In this document: one piece after another, positions 61,906 through 64,000 of the stretch
How positions within the stretch are numbered: position 1 is the first letter of the stretch
Layout of the letters: each line of letters starts with the position of its first letter
Assembly (NCBI GenBank): GCA_024679065.1
Contig: JAGIQG010000040.1
Span: 6,262,001-6,326,000 of the forward strand
Length of the DNA stretch: 64,000 nucleotides
Source of the DNA: Sphyrna mokarran
Lineage: Eukaryota
Direction: 5' to 3'
Program-made: the position numbers and the translations under genes
Notes under the pieces: model-generated
Databases searched by the model: none
Seen by the model: the letters and a program-made list of their open reading frames with translations, nothing else
Told to the model about the DNA's origin: nothing

Positions 61906-64000
61906 GTCAATAGTTGAGTGTTTTCTTTAAACTCATAGGCTAACAAAAATGCAAAAACCTGTAGAGCCTGTTACCAAGGCAACCCTGCTGCTATTGGTAC
62001 TTTTGAAACAAACGTTGTAACCTGAAGTCTGTGTGTAATCCGCATTTTCGCATGAAGTTCAAAGCAATTTTTGAAAGGACTACACACATTTTTCTTTCAC
62101 TCTAACAATTTTTAAACCATTCTTTTAGTTTTTAAAAATTCTTTTTATATTTTTATAAACTTCACAACATGATTGTTCCTTTAAGGGCAGCGCAGCAGAT
62201 GAGGGTCAGCTGACTTGAGGCATCAATCAGGACAGAGAACGCGTAATCAGCCCAAGGAGTGGAGTCTTCTCTCGGGCAGAAGACACATAGAAGGCGGGTG
62301 GGAAGTGGGGCTGCGGGTGGGCTGCTACCAGAGCGGGAGGGGAGAGGCTGCAAGGTTCACCTTTTAATAAATGCAGGTGTGATGCCGACTGAACTTGCAT
62401 CATTACACATTCCTGAACCAGAGGAGAGACTAAAAATAATGAAGGAGAAAGAGTCACAGACAGGGTCTAATTTGGGCAGGACCTTGGGGTGATTGGCGTG
62501 GATAGAAGGGTCCCGCTGCCATTCTGATCGGGGATGGGGGAAGACAGTGATTGGGATGAGCTGAGGTCTTGGTCTGCCTTCCAGAAGGATGTCTGCTTCT
62601 GGTGGTGTGGTCAGGAGCTGGGCCTGCCAGGGGGAATGGAGATGTATCGTCACTGCTGGAGTTGGGGGTTGCTGGAGACTGGGGCGCTGCAGGACAGGAA
62701 GGGTTTGGGACTGCATCGAGAATGGATGTGGGGCTGCTACTGGGGCCTTGGGGAAGTCTAGAAGGGCAGCAGTGGGGAGAGGGGGGGTAGTTTCCTGGGC
62801 TGGTCAGTGATCGAGCAAGTAGAATGCTGATGGTTCAGGACCACAGTACCTGTGCAGTGTTCCAGAACTAGCTGACTCTGGTGTGAATAGGCATTCCCCC
62901 CACACTCCTACCGCGCCCCCCACCCCCGCGAGTGTTTAATGATATTCATGACTGTGACCTCTGCATTGCACAGTGGGAGATTCCAGTCTGATCCCCGCCC
63001 CCCTGAAAAAAACAACAGTGATTTACAGCATTTTTCAAGGATCAAGTCCCAAATTCTAACTTAGCAACTGGGAGCACACTGGAACGGCTAAGCCGCACCA
63101 CTCTCTGTCTGCCTCCCTGGCAATCAGCCTCACACAGCAGTTGTTTCACACTTACTGGTTCGTGGCCACTTTCTGGTCCCGTTGGCTACCCAACAGGTGG
63201 AAAACCCACTGTTTCAGTGGGTTTCTGTGGTGACAGATTCAACCGAGTGAGTCTCAATACCTTATTACAAATCTCCCACTGTAGTGGTCACAGCCGACTC
63301 AATAATATTGTTATTTCTTGGAAGTAATAAGAGAAAACAACGTCATCAGATCATAAGAAATCGGAGCAGGAGTAGACAATGTGGATCCAACCAGCCTGCT
63401 GCTCCACCATTCAATACAATCAGCAAGATCGACTTCCTCTACTCTATTTCCCATCTCATTCCCCAATATCCATTGGCTCTCTAAACCTCCAGGAATATAT
63501 TTCTCTCAGCTTTGGATTTATTCAAAGGTAGATAATCGACCAAGACACTATGGTACAGGAAGTAACTAAAGAAGTGGAACGTAATATTAGCAGAGGGCTG
63601 TAGAGTGGAAGCTGTTTGATTTTATTTTATTTTTATTTGATTTATTAATGTCACACATATTGGATAGGGTGACCAGAATTTTACCAGATGATGGAATCAG
63701 TGTGGGTGAAGACTATGGAAAGATCTGTTGACCTTGGGAAGGATTTTCTGGGTTTGGGACAAGCGAGGCCATGAAATTGCACTCAGTAAAAATTATTGTT
63801 TCTTGAGCGTTATACAGACAAAACATACGGTACATAGAGTACATGGTGGTGCAGGAAAAAAGAGGGTACAAACTATAGTGTTTCAGTCATAGTGAGTCTG
63901 TCGAGAAAGATCAATTTAATATATGGTAGATCTATTCAAAAGTCTGATGGCAGTAGGGAAGAAACTCTTCTTGAGTCAATTAGAACGTGTCCTCAGACTT

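Overview
Vertebrate genomic DNA, almost certainly a cartilaginous fish (HE1/V-SINE-type SINEs, CR1/HER1-type LINEs with (TTCTATG)n tails, shark-type GPR139-like receptor). Three blocks. (1) About 1-23.3 kb is a T-cell receptor alpha/delta-type V-segment cluster. It holds five apparently intact V genes (335-769+, 2211-2647-, 10141-10621-, 17989-18426+, 21251-21697+), seven pseudogenes or fragments and one orphan V promoter, in four families and both orientations. The intact genes have a leader exon, intron, V exon and 22/23-bp-spacer RSS. There are CRE/CCAAT promoters, CTCF-like sites tied to V promoters, a repeated multi-V cassette and an intact tRNA-Lys(CTT). No convincing D, J or C segment was seen. 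(2) About 23.5-26.8 kb is a 3.2-kb degenerate (TAACCC)n telomere-like array that cuts the V cluster off just after a V promoter. (3) About 26.8-64 kb is repeat-rich segmentally duplicated DNA with a ~9.92-kb tandem unit carrying a two-exon GPR139/142-like class A GPCR (two copies, plus a site where a third appears missing), and a CR1 LINE family that ends in a captured V-SINE. Some junctions and the second GPCR copy show sequencing/assembly-error signatures. All calls are by eye; no database search was run.
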